Positions 63,608 to 64,000 of a stretch of 64,000 nt of DNA are shown in pieces (the stretch's first letter is position 1; every line of letters starts with the position of its first letter). Source of the DNA: Euglena gracilis (taxonomy: Eukaryota); contig CP154954.1 of the NCBI GenBank assembly GCA_039621445.1, positions 39,331,816-39,395,815 of the forward strand. Direction: 5' to 3'. Below the pieces are notes generated by a model that worked only from the letters and a program-made list of their open reading frames with translations, did not search any database and had not been told where the DNA came from. Made by a program: the position numbers and the translations under genes.

Positions 63608-64000
63608 GGGGCCAGACCGTAGGAAGCCAAAGGACGGGGACCCCAGAACCCCAGGCCTGTCAAACCAGGGCGGGGACCCCACAACCTCTCACAGGTACGT
63701 TCAGCCAGAGCAGCCAGCACTGGGGGGCTGAAACACCACACCCAAAAATGGAAGGAGTAGCTGCAACACTGGGGACCGTTAACTCGGCTTCCATGGTGGG
63801 GCAGCTCATCCAGCAAAGAAAAAAAGACTGCCTTGACACCTTTAATTGCCCAACTGACTCGACAAACGGAACAACGACCGACTGCAGTGCCGACCAGCCC
63901 AGCACTCCCGACGAACACGACAAGCCCTGCACCACAGCCAACCCAGCCGACGCAGCAGACTCAACAGCCAGTGACGACACAACAAAACCCACAGTTCCGG

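Overview
Repeat-saturated eukaryotic DNA with no confidently identifiable host gene. The window is dominated by three copies of an unusual Ty3/Gypsy chromovirus-like LTR retrotransposon. A (57-8036, minus) is truncated and belongs to a diverged subfamily. B (19494-36204, minus) is a full-length ~16.7 kb copy with two ~312-bp LTRs, PBS and PPT, inserted in a 29-bp satellite. C (40124-49595, plus) is 5'-truncated. Reconstructed architecture: coiled-coil Gag with two CCHC knuckles - UAG - aspartic protease - Cys/His-rich segment - Dam-like N6-adenine methyltransferase domain - RT - RNase H - DDE integrase - chromodomain, then a very long same-strand accessory ORF (~1,840 codons in B, with a RING-like Cys cluster) that is conserved in A and cleanly absent from C. 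B also has a triplicated tRNA-iMet primer-binding site and TG...CT LTR ends. The rest comprises MITE-like elements, tandem repeats and microsatellites, fragments of CRE/SLACS-like non-LTR retrotransposons, a second Dam-like methyltransferase ORF with an intact NPPW motif (56302-57196) and the 5' part of an unrelated LTR element (PBS at 61276). All retroelement ORFs carry frameshifts or stops. Domain calls rest on motifs recognised by eye, not on database searches.
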